A stretch of 64,000 nucleotides of DNA from Minisyncoccia bacterium (GTDB lineage: Bacteria > Patescibacteriota > Minisyncoccia > Phycocordibacterales > UBA9973). Positions 9,865 through 18,792 of this stretch are shown one piece after another (position 1 is the first letter of the stretch; every line of letters begins with the position of its first letter). The notes under the pieces are model-generated. The model saw only the letters and a list, made by a program, of their open reading frames with translations, did not search any database and was not told the DNA's origin. The position numbers and the translations under genes were made by a program. Where the stretch lies: contig JBDHUP010000004.1 in the NCBI GenBank assembly GCA_039809245.1, positions 12,599 through 76,598 on the forward strand, written 5' to 3'.

Positions 9865-10094
9865 ATAGTTGCTTCCGCTTAGCAATTGGAAAATCCGGTA
9901 AACATACTTATGTTATACCGGCTTTTTTTATTAATTAATGATAATTTGCTACAATTAGTACATTATGAAAAAGCCAATTTTGTTCGCGACGCTAGCCACA
10001 ACATACATAGTGTCGTAAAAGATATATTGTGCGACACTCATATGTTTTCTATATATAGCTATAAAGGGCTTTCTTGACCCCTTCCCTCTATGGC

Positions 10095-11009
10095 TTAAGA
10101 TGTGCTTTTGGCTAGACAATCATTAAAGGCGCGAACTCCAGTATTATAAGTTGAAACTTTATTTTTTAAATCTATGATCATCTGATTATAAATTCCTACT
10201 AGGGAATTGTACTCGTTTATTTGCTCGTTAGTGGTCTTCCCTTCATACACTACCCCACTGTCGATTTTCTCACGACGAAGGGAAAGATCAGCTTCTTTTG
10301 TATCTAATTCTTTCTGGGTTAACTTTATAATTCCACGTAAGAAATCATCTATGTTTGGACATGCACTACGAGGTAGCCCGAAGTGCTGTACCGCAAGCCA
10401 AGTATCCTGACCTCTAAACATCCCATGACCAACAGCCACACCTATCTCGGTATACTTAGTATTCAAAATATTTGCCCTGTGGCCTGGACTTGCCATCCAT
10501 GCATTTAGTAGTGACTGCGCGTCTTTGAAGTTACCGAGAGCTAAGTTCTCACCGATCACAATATATTCATAATCAACTTTCTTACCTAAATCAGAAACTC
10601 CTACACCATCTGGTGACACGTGCTCGAAGTATTGCTGTTTAAACATATCATCTACTTTCATTTGTGCAGATTCATCTAGCTTCGCATTCTCTGTTAATGC
10701 TTCTAGACCTCCATTATCTGCTCTATTCTTATTTGTCCAAGTTATCACATCAGCAACTGAGAGCTTCACCTTACTTGCCGATGTAAGGCCTTCTGTGACT
10801 TTTAACGCTCCTGGAGTATTTGCTGATTGTGATGAAGTCGATATTTCATCGGCTTTAATAGCGATAGTATTTGATGATTTTGAAGGAAGATTTATCTTTG
10901 AAGATACATAGTTTGCGACGCTATTATAGACTTGCTTAGCGTCATCTCGTACCATAAAAAGCACTGAACAAATAAAAGCAACTATAACAATTTGATAAAT
11001 TAATTTCAT
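10095..11009 (-). CDS. CAP/SCP (PR-1-like) domain protein, membrane anchored
   Basis: N-terminal transmembrane helix. Has the CAP-domain motifs GHRANIL and YTEIGVAVG and a C-terminal coiled region. Confidence 0.65.
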   Translation of the reverse strand: MKLIYQIVIVAFICSVLFMVRDDAKQVYNSVANYVSSKINLPSKSSNTIAIKADEISTSSQSANTPGALKVTEGLTSASKVKLSVADVITWTNKNRADNGGLEALTENAKLDESAQMKVDDMFKQQYFEHVSPDGVGVSDLGKKVDYEYIVIGENLALGNFKDAQSLLNAWMASPGHRANILNTKYTEIGVAVGHGMFRGQDTWLAVQHFGLPRSACPNIDDFLRGIIKLTQKELDTKEADLSLRREKIDSGVVYEGKTTNEQINEYNSLVGIYNQMIIDLKNKVSTYNTGVRAFNDCLAKSTS

Positions 11010-11015
11010 ATGATA

Positions 11016-11393
11016 TTAACAAGATGAAGATGCCGTATACCCAGACTTCTCTGCATCACCTGATGTCGCAAAGTATACTTTGTTCTCATCTTTAATTCTA
11101 TTGGCACCTTTGCAACCTACTGTGTAATATAGTTTACCATTTTTTGAAGCAACATAGTTCTTTTCTGTGCTTATACTTGATGTTTTCGCTTGAGGTTTAG
11201 GATTTGTAGCAGTATAAGCATTAGCTGTGCCAGTAATACTAATATCGGTGTTTTGAGGCTTATTTATGGCTGAAAGACGACCAAAACCAAAGGCAGCTAC
11301 CCCTACCCCAACAATGAGAAGTAGGTGTAGGAACGTTGTATTATCAATACCGATTTTGCTCTTGATTTTATTGGGCAAATCATGTATACTCAT
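11016..11393 (-). CDS. membrane-anchored hypothetical protein with C-terminal Cys motif
   Basis: Transmembrane helix. The C-terminal segment YYTVGCKGANRIKDENKVYFATSGDAEKSGYTASSSC loosely resembles an Ada-like metal-binding pattern. Confidence 0.45.
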   Translation of the reverse strand: MSIHDLPNKIKSKIGIDNTTFLHLLLIVGVGVAAFGFGRLSAINKPQNTDISITGTANAYTATNPKPQAKTSSISTEKNYVASKNGKLYYTVGCKGANRIKDENKVYFATSGDAEKSGYTASSSC

Positions 11394-11443
11394 ATAACTT
11401 AATTATAAATAAAAAAGAAGCTTTAGACTAGCTTAAATATTAT

Positions 11444-11716
11444 ATGGCACATAGGAAAGCCGGAGGTTCGGCCAAAAACTTAACAGACTCAAATCCAAAG
11501 TATCTCGGTACTAAGCTTTACGCTGGAGAAAAAGCAAAAGCAGGGTCTATAATCATACGTCAGCGTGGTACAAAAATCCTTCCTGGAACAAATGTTAGTA
11601 TGGGTAAGGATCATACTCTGTTCGCCCTTAAAGAAGGTACTGTTAAATTCGGAACTAAGAGAAAGGTAAATTTCAACCGCTCATCTTCAGTTAAAAAAGT
11701 AGTTCACGTAATCTAA
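11444..11716 (+). CDS. rpmA: 50S ribosomal protein L27
   Basis: MAHRKAGGS...IIIRQRGTK...DHTLFAL signature. Confidence 0.92.
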   Translation: MAHRKAGGSAKNLTDSNPKYLGTKLYAGEKAKAGSIIIRQRGTKILPGTNVSMGKDHTLFALKEGTVKFGTKRKVNFNRSSSVKKVVHVI

Positions 11717-11718
11717 AA

Positions 11719-11748
11719 ATAAAACCCGCAATTGCGGGTTTTATTTTT
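11719..11748. terminator. bidirectional terminator between rpmA and rplI
   Basis: aaaacccgcaattgcgggtttt palindrome flanked by A and T runs. Confidence 0.6.
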
Positions 11749-12184
11749 GAGCTTCAATTTGTATCTTACACTTCCCTACCTTATCTCCTTTTTTGATTGT
11801 GACTTCGTGCTCACCTAGCTCTTTTATATGATCCATTATAAGAGTTGATTCCTCAATCTCAACCCCGGAAGATTGTTTAATAGCTTCTACAACATCACGA
11901 GGACTCACGGCCTTGAATAGGTGGCCTTTCTCGTTTGCTTTCACATATATCTTTACAGTTGTACTACCAACTTTCGATATAAGATCTTCAAAAGCCTTCA
12001 TCTCATCTTCTTTCTTTTTATTCATCTGGGCTTTTTTAGCTTCTAGTTTTGCTAGAGCTTGTGGAGTAGCGAGTTCAGCTAAACCTTTCGACAATAGAAC
12101 ATTCTGCGCATAGCCCTGCGCAAAATCCTTCACATCATATCTATTCCCTACTTTAGGAATATCTGTAAGTAATATAACTTTCAT
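11741..12184 (-). CDS. rplI: 50S ribosomal protein L9
   Basis: MKVILLxDIPKVG N-terminal domain, linker helix, and C-terminal domain. Confidence 0.9.
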   Translation of the reverse strand: MKVILLTDIPKVGNRYDVKDFAQGYAQNVLLSKGLAELATPQALAKLEAKKAQMNKKKEDEMKAFEDLISKVGSTTVKIYVKANEKGHLFKAVSPRDVVEAIKQSSGVEIEESTLIMDHIKELGEHEVTIKKGDKVGKCKIQIEAQK

Positions 12185-12191
12185 AATTTAA

Positions 12192-13421
12192 TTATGGTCT
12201 TGCTTCTAATATACTGACCGCTTTATCAAGCTGAGGATCACGACCAGCATCTAAATCTTTTTGATTTATTGAAACTTCCACATCTGGATCTAGTCCATGG
12301 TCGGATATAGAGACTCCATTTGGAGTAAGCCATCTAGCAACTGTAATCTTGAGTGATGTATCATCTGTGATATCTACAAGTTCCTGAACTGAGCCTTTAC
12401 CGAAAGTCTTCTCCCCTACTAGTGTTGCAATACCATGCTCTTTTAGAGCTCCTGCAAGAATTTCGGAAGCAGAAGCAGATCCACCATCAACCAGAACAAC
12501 GAGTTGTAGTGACTTATCGAAAAGTTTTGGTCCGTGGCTTCTATAGATAATCGGCTTCCTATTTTCACCGAAATCTTCCGAGACTACAGTCTTACCTTGA
12601 TCGACAAACCAAGAAGCAATATTAACAGCAGCATCAAGATATCCACCAGGGTTACCTCTTAAATCTATAATAAGCTTGTGTGAACGGGTATCTATAAACT
12701 TTTGAAGCGCATCTTTAAATAAGTTAGCTGAATTCTCAGAGAAGCTATAGAACTTCAAAACGAAAATGTTATCATTACGGAATTCGGTATCAATAGTAGG
12801 AATAGCAATTTCATCGCGGGTAATCTTAAACTCACGAGTAGTCTTTTCTCCTGGGCGAAGAACAAGCAAGGTCACGATAGTACCTTTTGGTCCACGAATT
12901 AAATTAATAGCCTCGTCAACCGTCATTTCATTTGTAGCAGTTTTATCTATCTTAAGAATCTTGTCGCCAGACTTTAGACCTACCTTCATCGCAGGATTAT
13001 CTTTAAGTGGAGCAACAACTGTTAACACTTGATCTTTTATACCAACTTCAGCTCCTATACCTCCAAATGATCCTTTAATCTCGTCTGTGAAGAGCTTATT
13101 CTCTTCAGGTGGAAAGAATACTGTGTATGGATCTTTGAGTGATGATGCTAACCCTGATATTGCTCCATAGACTCTATCTTGGTCACTAATCTTTTTTGCA
13201 TATAATGATTTCTCATTTATCAGATTCCAAGCTTTCCAGAATGAATTGAAGTCTGCTGTTGTTTCTACTTGTGTATTTTTATTAGTTATAGAAAAAACTT
13301 TCTCTATTTCTGGCCTACGAGAGTAACCCATATATGTACCTAAACTAAAAACTCCTATGAGTAAGATCAAGGAAGTTAGCACATATATAGATGTTCGAAC
13401 ATTTTTTCTAGATATATTCAT
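12192..13421 (-). CDS. ctpA: carboxyl-terminal processing peptidase (S41 family, PDZ domain)
   Basis: PDZ (GLKSGDKILKID) and S41 catalytic region (GGSASASEILAGAL), with an N-terminal transmembrane anchor. Confidence 0.85.
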   Translation of the reverse strand: MNISRKNVRTSIYVLTSLILLIGVFSLGTYMGYSRRPEIEKVFSITNKNTQVETTADFNSFWKAWNLINEKSLYAKKISDQDRVYGAISGLASSLKDPYTVFFPPEENKLFTDEIKGSFGGIGAEVGIKDQVLTVVAPLKDNPAMKVGLKSGDKILKIDKTATNEMTVDEAINLIRGPKGTIVTLLVLRPGEKTTREFKITRDEIAIPTIDTEFRNDNIFVLKFYSFSENSANLFKDALQKFIDTRSHKLIIDLRGNPGGYLDAAVNIASWFVDQGKTVVSEDFGENRKPIIYRSHGPKLFDKSLQLVVLVDGGSASASEILAGALKEHGIATLVGEKTFGKGSVQELVDITDDTSLKITVARWLTPNGVSISDHGLDPDVEVSINQKDLDAGRDPQLDKAVSILEARP

Positions 13422-13441
13422 CTGTGGCTATTATCTCAGAA

Positions 13442-14674
13442 TTATTGCTTTACTTCAAGCTCTAAAGCAGAAGGGGTGTACTTATTCCTTGGGTCCCAAA
13501 GCATCCAAGAATTAATACCATTATCAGCGGCGGCTTTCATTTGAGCTCGTATTAAATCCTTCGTATAAACTGCTCCTAAATTGAAATCTTGAAGCCATGG
13601 TCTAATCTTCTTAATATCCTCTCCTTGAGCTTTTGTTTTAGCGACCGCGCTTGATATAGATTTATTAATAACTTCATATGGATGATCAGCTGGGTTTTTA
13701 AAACCATTATAATTCGGTGGATAATGAGATGGATAAACCATAGGAGAAATAAAGTCGAAGTATGGCAGTGCTTTCTCCCATACCTGACCAATTCCCATAT
13801 CATCTTGGGCTTCTGTTGTCAGACCAAATAAATCAGCTGACATTGGTATATCTTTATCCTTCTTAACTTCACTATGTAAATACTTGAAGAAAGCTTCTAT
13901 GTTATCTGCTCGTGTCTTACCATCGACTAAGTGGTAATTTATATTATTCAAATCTCCATCTGATGGATAACGTATGTAATCGAAATTTATTTCATCAAAT
14001 CCTTCTTCGTATGCATCGTGAGCTATGCTTACAATATACTTCCACACATCCTTACTTGCTGGATCCATAAATGATAAACCTTTGCGATCTTTCCATACAG
14101 TACCATCGCTAATCTTGGTTATAGACCATTCTGGTTTTAATTTGGTAAGAGTCGGATCTTGGAAAACTGCTACACGACCTATAATATAAATATTCTTCTG
14201 GTGGAGTAGATTCGTTAGAGCACGAACATTTGAAATACGATTTTCGGTCGTACCCATTTTTTGTAAATCTTGATCGGCCACACTAAAGCCGATACGTCCT
14301 GTGGAATCTTTAACGTCAATAACAATAGAGTTCAGTTCTGTATTGTCTATAAGCTTAATTAATGGGTCTCTATACTTTTGTGCTCCTGCTGTCCAACTTG
14401 ATAGGTATATGGCTTTAACGACAGATGGGGTTTTTATATGTGTAACCGGAGTATTATCTACACCAGCCTTAACTTCTGGAATAATATCTTTACTTTCAGA
14501 TTTTACTTTGTTCTCATCAATTGTATCTTGTGGCGAAGCGTCCCCTATTGAGTATTTAATATTGCTAGATGATGTCCCAAATATAAAATAAAGTACCAGC
14601 CCGCACGATATACATGCGAGGCATACTAGGATAAAGTTTATTTTACCTTTTGTCGATGGCATTTTATTCACCAC
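13442..14674 (-). CDS. DUF4015-family putative glycoside hydrolase (TIM barrel)
   Basis: GFDEINFDYIRYP motif and overall GHL/DUF4015-like layout with an N-terminal membrane anchor. Confidence 0.55.
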   Translation of the reverse strand: MVNKMPSTKGKINFILVCLACISCGLVLYFIFGTSSSNIKYSIGDASPQDTIDENKVKSESKDIIPEVKAGVDNTPVTHIKTPSVVKAIYLSSWTAGAQKYRDPLIKLIDNTELNSIVIDVKDSTGRIGFSVADQDLQKMGTTENRISNVRALTNLLHQKNIYIIGRVAVFQDPTLTKLKPEWSITKISDGTVWKDRKGLSFMDPASKDVWKYIVSIAHDAYEEGFDEINFDYIRYPSDGDLNNINYHLVDGKTRADNIEAFFKYLHSEVKKDKDIPMSADLFGLTTEAQDDMGIGQVWEKALPYFDFISPMVYPSHYPPNYNGFKNPADHPYEVINKSISSAVAKTKAQGEDIKKIRPWLQDFNLGAVYTKDLIRAQMKAAADNGINSWMLWDPRNKYTPSALELEVKQ

Positions 14675-14879
14675 TACCTATATTATCTACAAATGTCTTA
14701 CTTTGATTACTAGTATTTGACTGACGTGCTTTTACCTGTTTATAGAATAGATATGAAATATAGATGATAGCGAATCCTACAATAACAAAAAATAATTTCC
14801 TCCAACTATTTGGAAATCCTAAAAATGGCAACACTGCCACAAATATACCTAAAATAAGTAATGTTCTTTCTTTTCTCAT
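14664..14879 (-). CDS. small 2-TM membrane protein
   Basis: ORF overlapping the downstream gene start by 11 nt, suggesting an operon. Confidence 0.4.
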   Translation of the reverse strand: MRKERTLLILGIFVAVLPFLGFPNSWRKLFFVIVGFAIIYISYLFYKQVKARQSNTSNQSKTFVDNIGSGE

Positions 14880-14899
14880 ATTTGTAGATTATACATTAT

Positions 14900-15589
14900 T
14901 TACTTAGGAGCAACAATAACTACAAACTCACCTCTTTGCTTGTCAGGATTATTTGTAAAATGATCTAACACTTCTCTGGGTGTACCTTGTACAAACTCTT
15001 CGAATTGCTTAGTTATTTCACGAGCTATCATTACCTTTGATTCTGGAGTATGCTCATCTAGAGATGCGAGTGTCTTTAAAATCCGATGAGTCGATTCATA
15101 GAAAACAACAACTCTGGAGGATAGAGCTATATCTTTAAAGATTGTTTCTCTCCCCTTTTTATGAGGAAGAAAACCTAAGAATATGAATTCAGCTGAAGAA
15201 ATACCACTTGCAGATAGTGCCGATATTAATGCGCTTGGGCCCGGAATAGGTACTACTTGAGCCTCTTTTCCAAAATGCTCTCTTATATGAGAGACTAGCA
15301 ACACCCCAGGATCAGAGATACATGGAGTCCCTGCATCAGAAACTAGAGCCAAATTCTTCCCTTCAGATAGCATTCGAATAATAGCTGACTCTTTTGAATC
15401 CGTAGCATGAGCGTTATAACTCATTGTCTTATTATTGATATCGTATTTCTTTAAGAGCTTGCCAGTAGTGCGAGTATCTTCACATAAAATACAATCAACT
15501 TCTTTCAGAATACGGATAGCTCTAAGTGTAATATCTTCTAGGTTACCGATCGGTGTTGCGACTATGTATAGCTTACCTATTTCGTTCAT
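14900..15589 (-). CDS. rsmI: 16S rRNA (cytidine1402-2'-O)-methyltransferase RsmI
   Basis: LYIVATPIGNLEDITLRA...CEDTR tetrapyrrole-methylase-like motifs. Confidence 0.88.
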   Translation of the reverse strand: MNEIGKLYIVATPIGNLEDITLRAIRILKEVDCILCEDTRTTGKLLKKYDINNKTMSYNAHATDSKESAIIRMLSEGKNLALVSDAGTPCISDPGVLLVSHIREHFGKEAQVVPIPGPSALISALSASGISSAEFIFLGFLPHKKGRETIFKDIALSSRVVVFYESTHRILKTLASLDEHTPESKVMIAREITKQFEEFVQGTPREVLDHFTNNPDKQRGEFVVIVAPK

Positions 15590-15649
15590 ATATAGTAATT
15601 ATATCATAAAACAAAATCCCTCAGATAAACCTGAGGGATTTTAAGAAAA

Positions 15650-16000
15650 TTACAACATCATCAACAGTACACCAATTAGTGCCATATTCTTCATGAAGTT
15701 AATCTGATCATTCATACGGTGAGTAGGATCACTGACTTTCCAAAAAGCATGCATCATAAAAGTTGTAGGTACAAGGAATACAAGTAAGGCTATAACTGAC
15801 TCTTGTAAGAACATATTTGATATAAAACCAAGTCCTCCGAGCATAATAAGAGCTCCTCCTAGTAATACTGCAAGTCTTGGAGATGGAACCCCTTTACTCT
15901 TTGCATAACCTGTTAGCATTTTCTCATTCTTGAAATGATTAAAGCCTGATATTAAAAAATAAGCACCAAAGATAACACGCCCTAAAATATAAATTGCCAT
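15650..16000 (-). CDS. DoxX-family membrane protein
   Basis: 4-TM DoxX layout with RVIFGAYFLISG motif. Confidence 0.7.
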   Translation of the reverse strand: MAIYILGRVIFGAYFLISGFNHFKNEKMLTGYAKSKGVPSPRLAVLLGGALIMLGGLGFISNMFLQESVIALLVFLVPTTFMMHAFWKVSDPTHRMNDQINFMKNMALIGVLLMML

Positions 16001-16144
16001 GATAGTTTTCTCTAAATTATTATAATAGTCGTATTATACCATAGTCGCATTAAATTAAGATATAAAATCCTTTTTGACAAAATTCGATTAGATGCTAATA
16101 TATGCGTGAACAACTTTCTAAATAACCCTCAAAATTTACCGTTT

Positions 16145-16678
16145 ATGAAAAAAGTATTATTGTTATTTGTAATTTGCTTTGCAACGATTGCAACTGAAGC
16201 CCAAGAGAAGAAAGAAGGATTAAAGCTTGAAGAAATCACTTTCGGTATTGAGTTAACTGGCACAGCCAGATATGCGGCAGAAAAAAACAGTGAGAAAGAA
16301 TCCCTTGAAAAAAAGAGATTCGACTTTTCTTATGGTTTTGGTCCCTTAATAGGAATTGAGACCAACCGGACAAAGCATGAGTTAGGATACAATATAAAGT
16401 CCCATGGCTTTGAGGTGTTTACCGGGTACTTCATACCTAGGTCATATTGTGCCTATATTAGGTTTGAAAAAAATCTAAAAGAAAAAAATGAAAAGTACCT
16501 TGGTATTGGGATTCAAAAAGTTTTAGTTTTTAAAGATTGGGAATGGCTAGAAATTTCCCCATACCTTGAATTTGGTGCAAATTTTCCGGAAAAATCTGGG
16601 TCTGTTGGGATATTTATTTACCCTAACTTAAAATTATTTAGTTTAGATAAAATTCCAAGGATTAGTTTGGGATTTTAA
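16145..16678 (+). CDS. secreted hypothetical protein (signal peptide, beta-rich)
   Basis: MKKVLLLFVICFATIATEA signal peptide. The track ORF starts at an upstream GTG (16106). Confidence 0.45.
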   Translation: MKKVLLLFVICFATIATEAQEKKEGLKLEEITFGIELTGTARYAAEKNSEKESLEKKRFDFSYGFGPLIGIETNRTKHELGYNIKSHGFEVFTGYFIPRSYCAYIRFEKNLKEKNEKYLGIGIQKVLVFKDWEWLEISPYLEFGANFPEKSGSVGIFIYPNLKLFSLDKIPRISLGF

Positions 16679-16686
16679 AAAAGAAA

Positions 16687-16725
16687 GTGCGGAAGTTCAA
16701 TATGAACTTCCGCACGTTTTATTTT
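16687..16725. terminator. bidirectional rho-independent terminator
   Basis: gtgcggaagttca-ata-tgaacttccgcac followed by a T-run. Confidence 0.6.
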
Positions 16726-16967
16726 CCGATGTCTTCATAAGACTTTTCTAGTTCTACTAAATCATTATCGTGTTTTAGTTTAATACTCTCATAAATTAAA
16801 TATGAAATCAGAATTAAAACAGCAGCAGTTCCTAGTATAATTTTGCCATTATAATTTCTAAGGGTAAATTCTTCATTAGTAAAGAAACCTACAAAAAGTA
16901 TAACTGCAATGAACCCTGAAAATGAATATAGTAAGAAGAGAAAAAAGCAAAAAATTTTCATAAACAA
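16719..16967 (-). CDS. small membrane protein
   Basis: Two hydrophobic helices. Confidence 0.4.
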   Translation of the reverse strand: MFMKIFCFFLFLLYSFSGFIAVILFVGFFTNEEFTLRNYNGKIILGTAAVLILISYLIYESIKLKHDNDLVELEKSYEDIGK

Positions 16968-17347
16968 TAATTTATGTAAGTCGTTCCCCAGATTTCAGTT
17001 TTAGGAGTTTGCGGTTTTATTTTTACCTCTTTCGGATCAACTTCTACAACTTTTATCCTGTAATTAATATCATTAATATCTATCCTAATAATAAATTTAC
17101 TGTCCTTATAATCTGATACTTTTACATATCCGGATTCAGTAAACTCTATATCGTCTATGTAGAGCCTACGCATTGGAGTACCTTTTAACATAGCAAGACA
17201 AATATTATTTTCCAGCTGCTCCTGAGAGTACCAAAACTTTAAATCGTTTTCCTTCATTATATTCTCTCTTTTATTATTCACTTGTTGCGAACAACTTGTT
17301 TGAGAACAAAAAAAGATTACCATTAATATGAATATTATCTTTTTCAT
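16958..17347 (-). CDS. secreted/lipoprotein-like hypothetical protein
   Basis: Signal peptide with Cys near the cleavage region. Confidence 0.45.
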   Translation of the reverse strand: MKKIIFILMVIFFCSQTSCSQQVNNKRENIMKENDLKFWYSQEQLENNICLAMLKGTPMRRLYIDDIEFTESGYVKVSDYKDSKFIIRIDINDINYRIKVVEVDPKEVKIKPQTPKTEIWGTTYINYCL

Positions 17348-17548
17348 GATTGTAGTTTTTTGGGGTTATATAAATTGGTTGCCTTAACTTCCCTATTTGA
17401 GAACCTAGGGCAACCAATTTATCTATCCTTTAAACTTCTGTCGAAGAACTACTTATAAACCTAAAGTATCATAAACAACTGATATGTCAATTGATTTGAC
17501 ATATTCACTATTTTTATGTAGTTTGAAGTTAAACAAAATATAAATAAC

Positions 17549-18136
17549 ATGAAAAAGACTACTCAAAGTAACTGGGTAGTCTTGGCTACCTTGTTTATAT
17601 TTTACGGCCTTTATCTGGTTGTAAACCAATGGCCCTTAGAAAGATATAAAATATTCTTCATGCCTTGCGAAGAAAAAATCCCCTTCCTGCCGTGGACAAT
17701 ATTCATATACCTTTCATTGTTCTTCCAAGCAGTAATATTCCTAAAGTATCTTCCTGAGAAACTATTCTGGAAGACTATGGTACTTGGATTTGTAATTCTA
17801 GCAGTGCATCTGGCTTTTTTTATTCTAATTCCAGCTAGGTATCCTAGAGAAAGTTATCCAAGTGATAATATTGTTCTTAAGCTTTTCAGGATTATTGATA
17901 CCTCTGGAAACTGTCTGCCCTCCCTGCACGTATCTTGTGCGATACTTTTCGCCAATTGCTACTGCTTATGGAAGGAATCAAAGTTTAAAAAGGTTATAGC
18001 TTGTATATGGTCAGTGTTGATAATACTATCTACATTAACCACCAAACAGCATTACATCCTAGATATCCTTGCTGGCATAATTGTAACTAGGTTAGTGATA
18101 ATAACATTTAATAGAATTTCAACGCTTCGTGAATAA
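17549..18136 (+). CDS. PAP2-superfamily-like integral membrane protein
   Basis: Six transmembrane helices. PSLHVS and QHYILDILAG resemble PAP2 motifs 2 and 3. Confidence 0.5.
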   Translation: MKKTTQSNWVVLATLFIFYGLYLVVNQWPLERYKIFFMPCEEKIPFLPWTIFIYLSLFFQAVIFLKYLPEKLFWKTMVLGFVILAVHLAFFILIPARYPRESYPSDNIVLKLFRIIDTSGNCLPSLHVSCAILFANCYCLWKESKFKKVIACIWSVLIILSTLTTKQHYILDILAGIIVTRLVIITFNRISTLRE

Positions 18137-18150
18137 CGAAGCGTTTTTGT
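18121..18150 (+). terminator. rho-independent terminator overlapping the stop codon
   Basis: aacgcttcgt-gaata-acgaagcgtt followed by a T-run. Confidence 0.6.
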
Positions 18151-18304
18151 TGTAATAAAACGTGGTCCACAATAACTCGCTTACCGCCTTAAGCGAGTTT
18201 TCCAGACCCGAACTCAGCTATTCGCCTACTGGCGAATTATGCTTCCGTTTTCACAAACGCGAAATAGACTGAAGCAGTTCAGTCTATTTGCATTCACGCG
18301 TTTG

Positions 18305-18376
18305 TGACCCTACCGGGAATCGAACCCGGATTACCGGCTTGAGAAGCCGATGTCCTAACCGTTAGACGATAGGGCC
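18305..18376 (-). tRNA. tRNA-Glu (anticodon CTC)
   Basis: Cloverleaf folded by hand: acceptor 7 bp, D arm, anticodon stem, loop TTCTCAA, T arm GGTTCGATTCC. No CCA encoded. Confidence 0.8.
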
Positions 18377-18388
18377 AGAAATGTTGAT

Positions 18389-18443
18389 GGCTTCTCTGGA
18401 AGCCGATGTCCGCTATATTCTAACTTGGTTAGACGATAGGGCC
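18389..18443 (-). pseudogene. partial tandem copy of the tRNA-Glu 5' half (acceptor, D arm, anticodon 5' stem) with a 9-nt insertion
   Basis: GGCCCTATCGTCTAAC...GGACATCGGCTTC matches tRNA-Glu positions 1-33, then diverges into a GGCTTC-CAGA-GAAGCC hairpin. It lies 12 nt upstream of the intact gene. Confidence 0.45.
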
Positions 18444-18474
18444 ATGTGAGAAAAATATAGCATTTTTAGCCTAA

Positions 18475-18517
18475 AATGCAAAAATTTAAGCGTGTTAATC
18501 ATAAGATTAACACGCTT
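18475..18517 (-). terminator. rho-independent terminator downstream of murF
   Basis: Perfect 13-bp stem aagcgtgttaatc-ataa-gattaacacgctt followed (minus sense) by AAATTTTTGCATTTT. Confidence 0.55.
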
Positions 18518-18792
18518 CTGGGTTAGAAAATATTTTTACTCATCTTTCCGCTGTTCATTCCGCTCTCTTTGGTGCTTATGGCCACCATTGCCATTGTTCT
18601 TTGCAGCTGCATTTAGCATTGCATTTGCATTTTGTAATTGCTTTGCATTGAACTTATCTCTTGGAGAAGAAAAGTTCCGGTGGGTTGTTTTTTCGAAAAC
18701 GAAAGCCATAATTTAACAGTTTTGGTGGTTAAAAAATAAAAATAACAAAATATGGAGGATATTCTATATCCTTTATTCAAATCTGTCAATAA

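Noticed and set aside
18160-18304. Possible SRP RNA or 6S RNA call for the structured spacer
   Set aside because: No GNRA-capped helix-8 motif, no 6S-like single long bulged hairpin, and too short for RNase P. Kept only as an unexplained structured region.
18492-18716. 74-aa plus-strand ORF in the tRNA-Glu / murF spacer
   Set aside because: Cys/Phe-rich low-complexity product over a terminator hairpin. No RBS. A 57-aa minus-strand ORF (18710 down to 18537) in the same spacer is also unconvincing.
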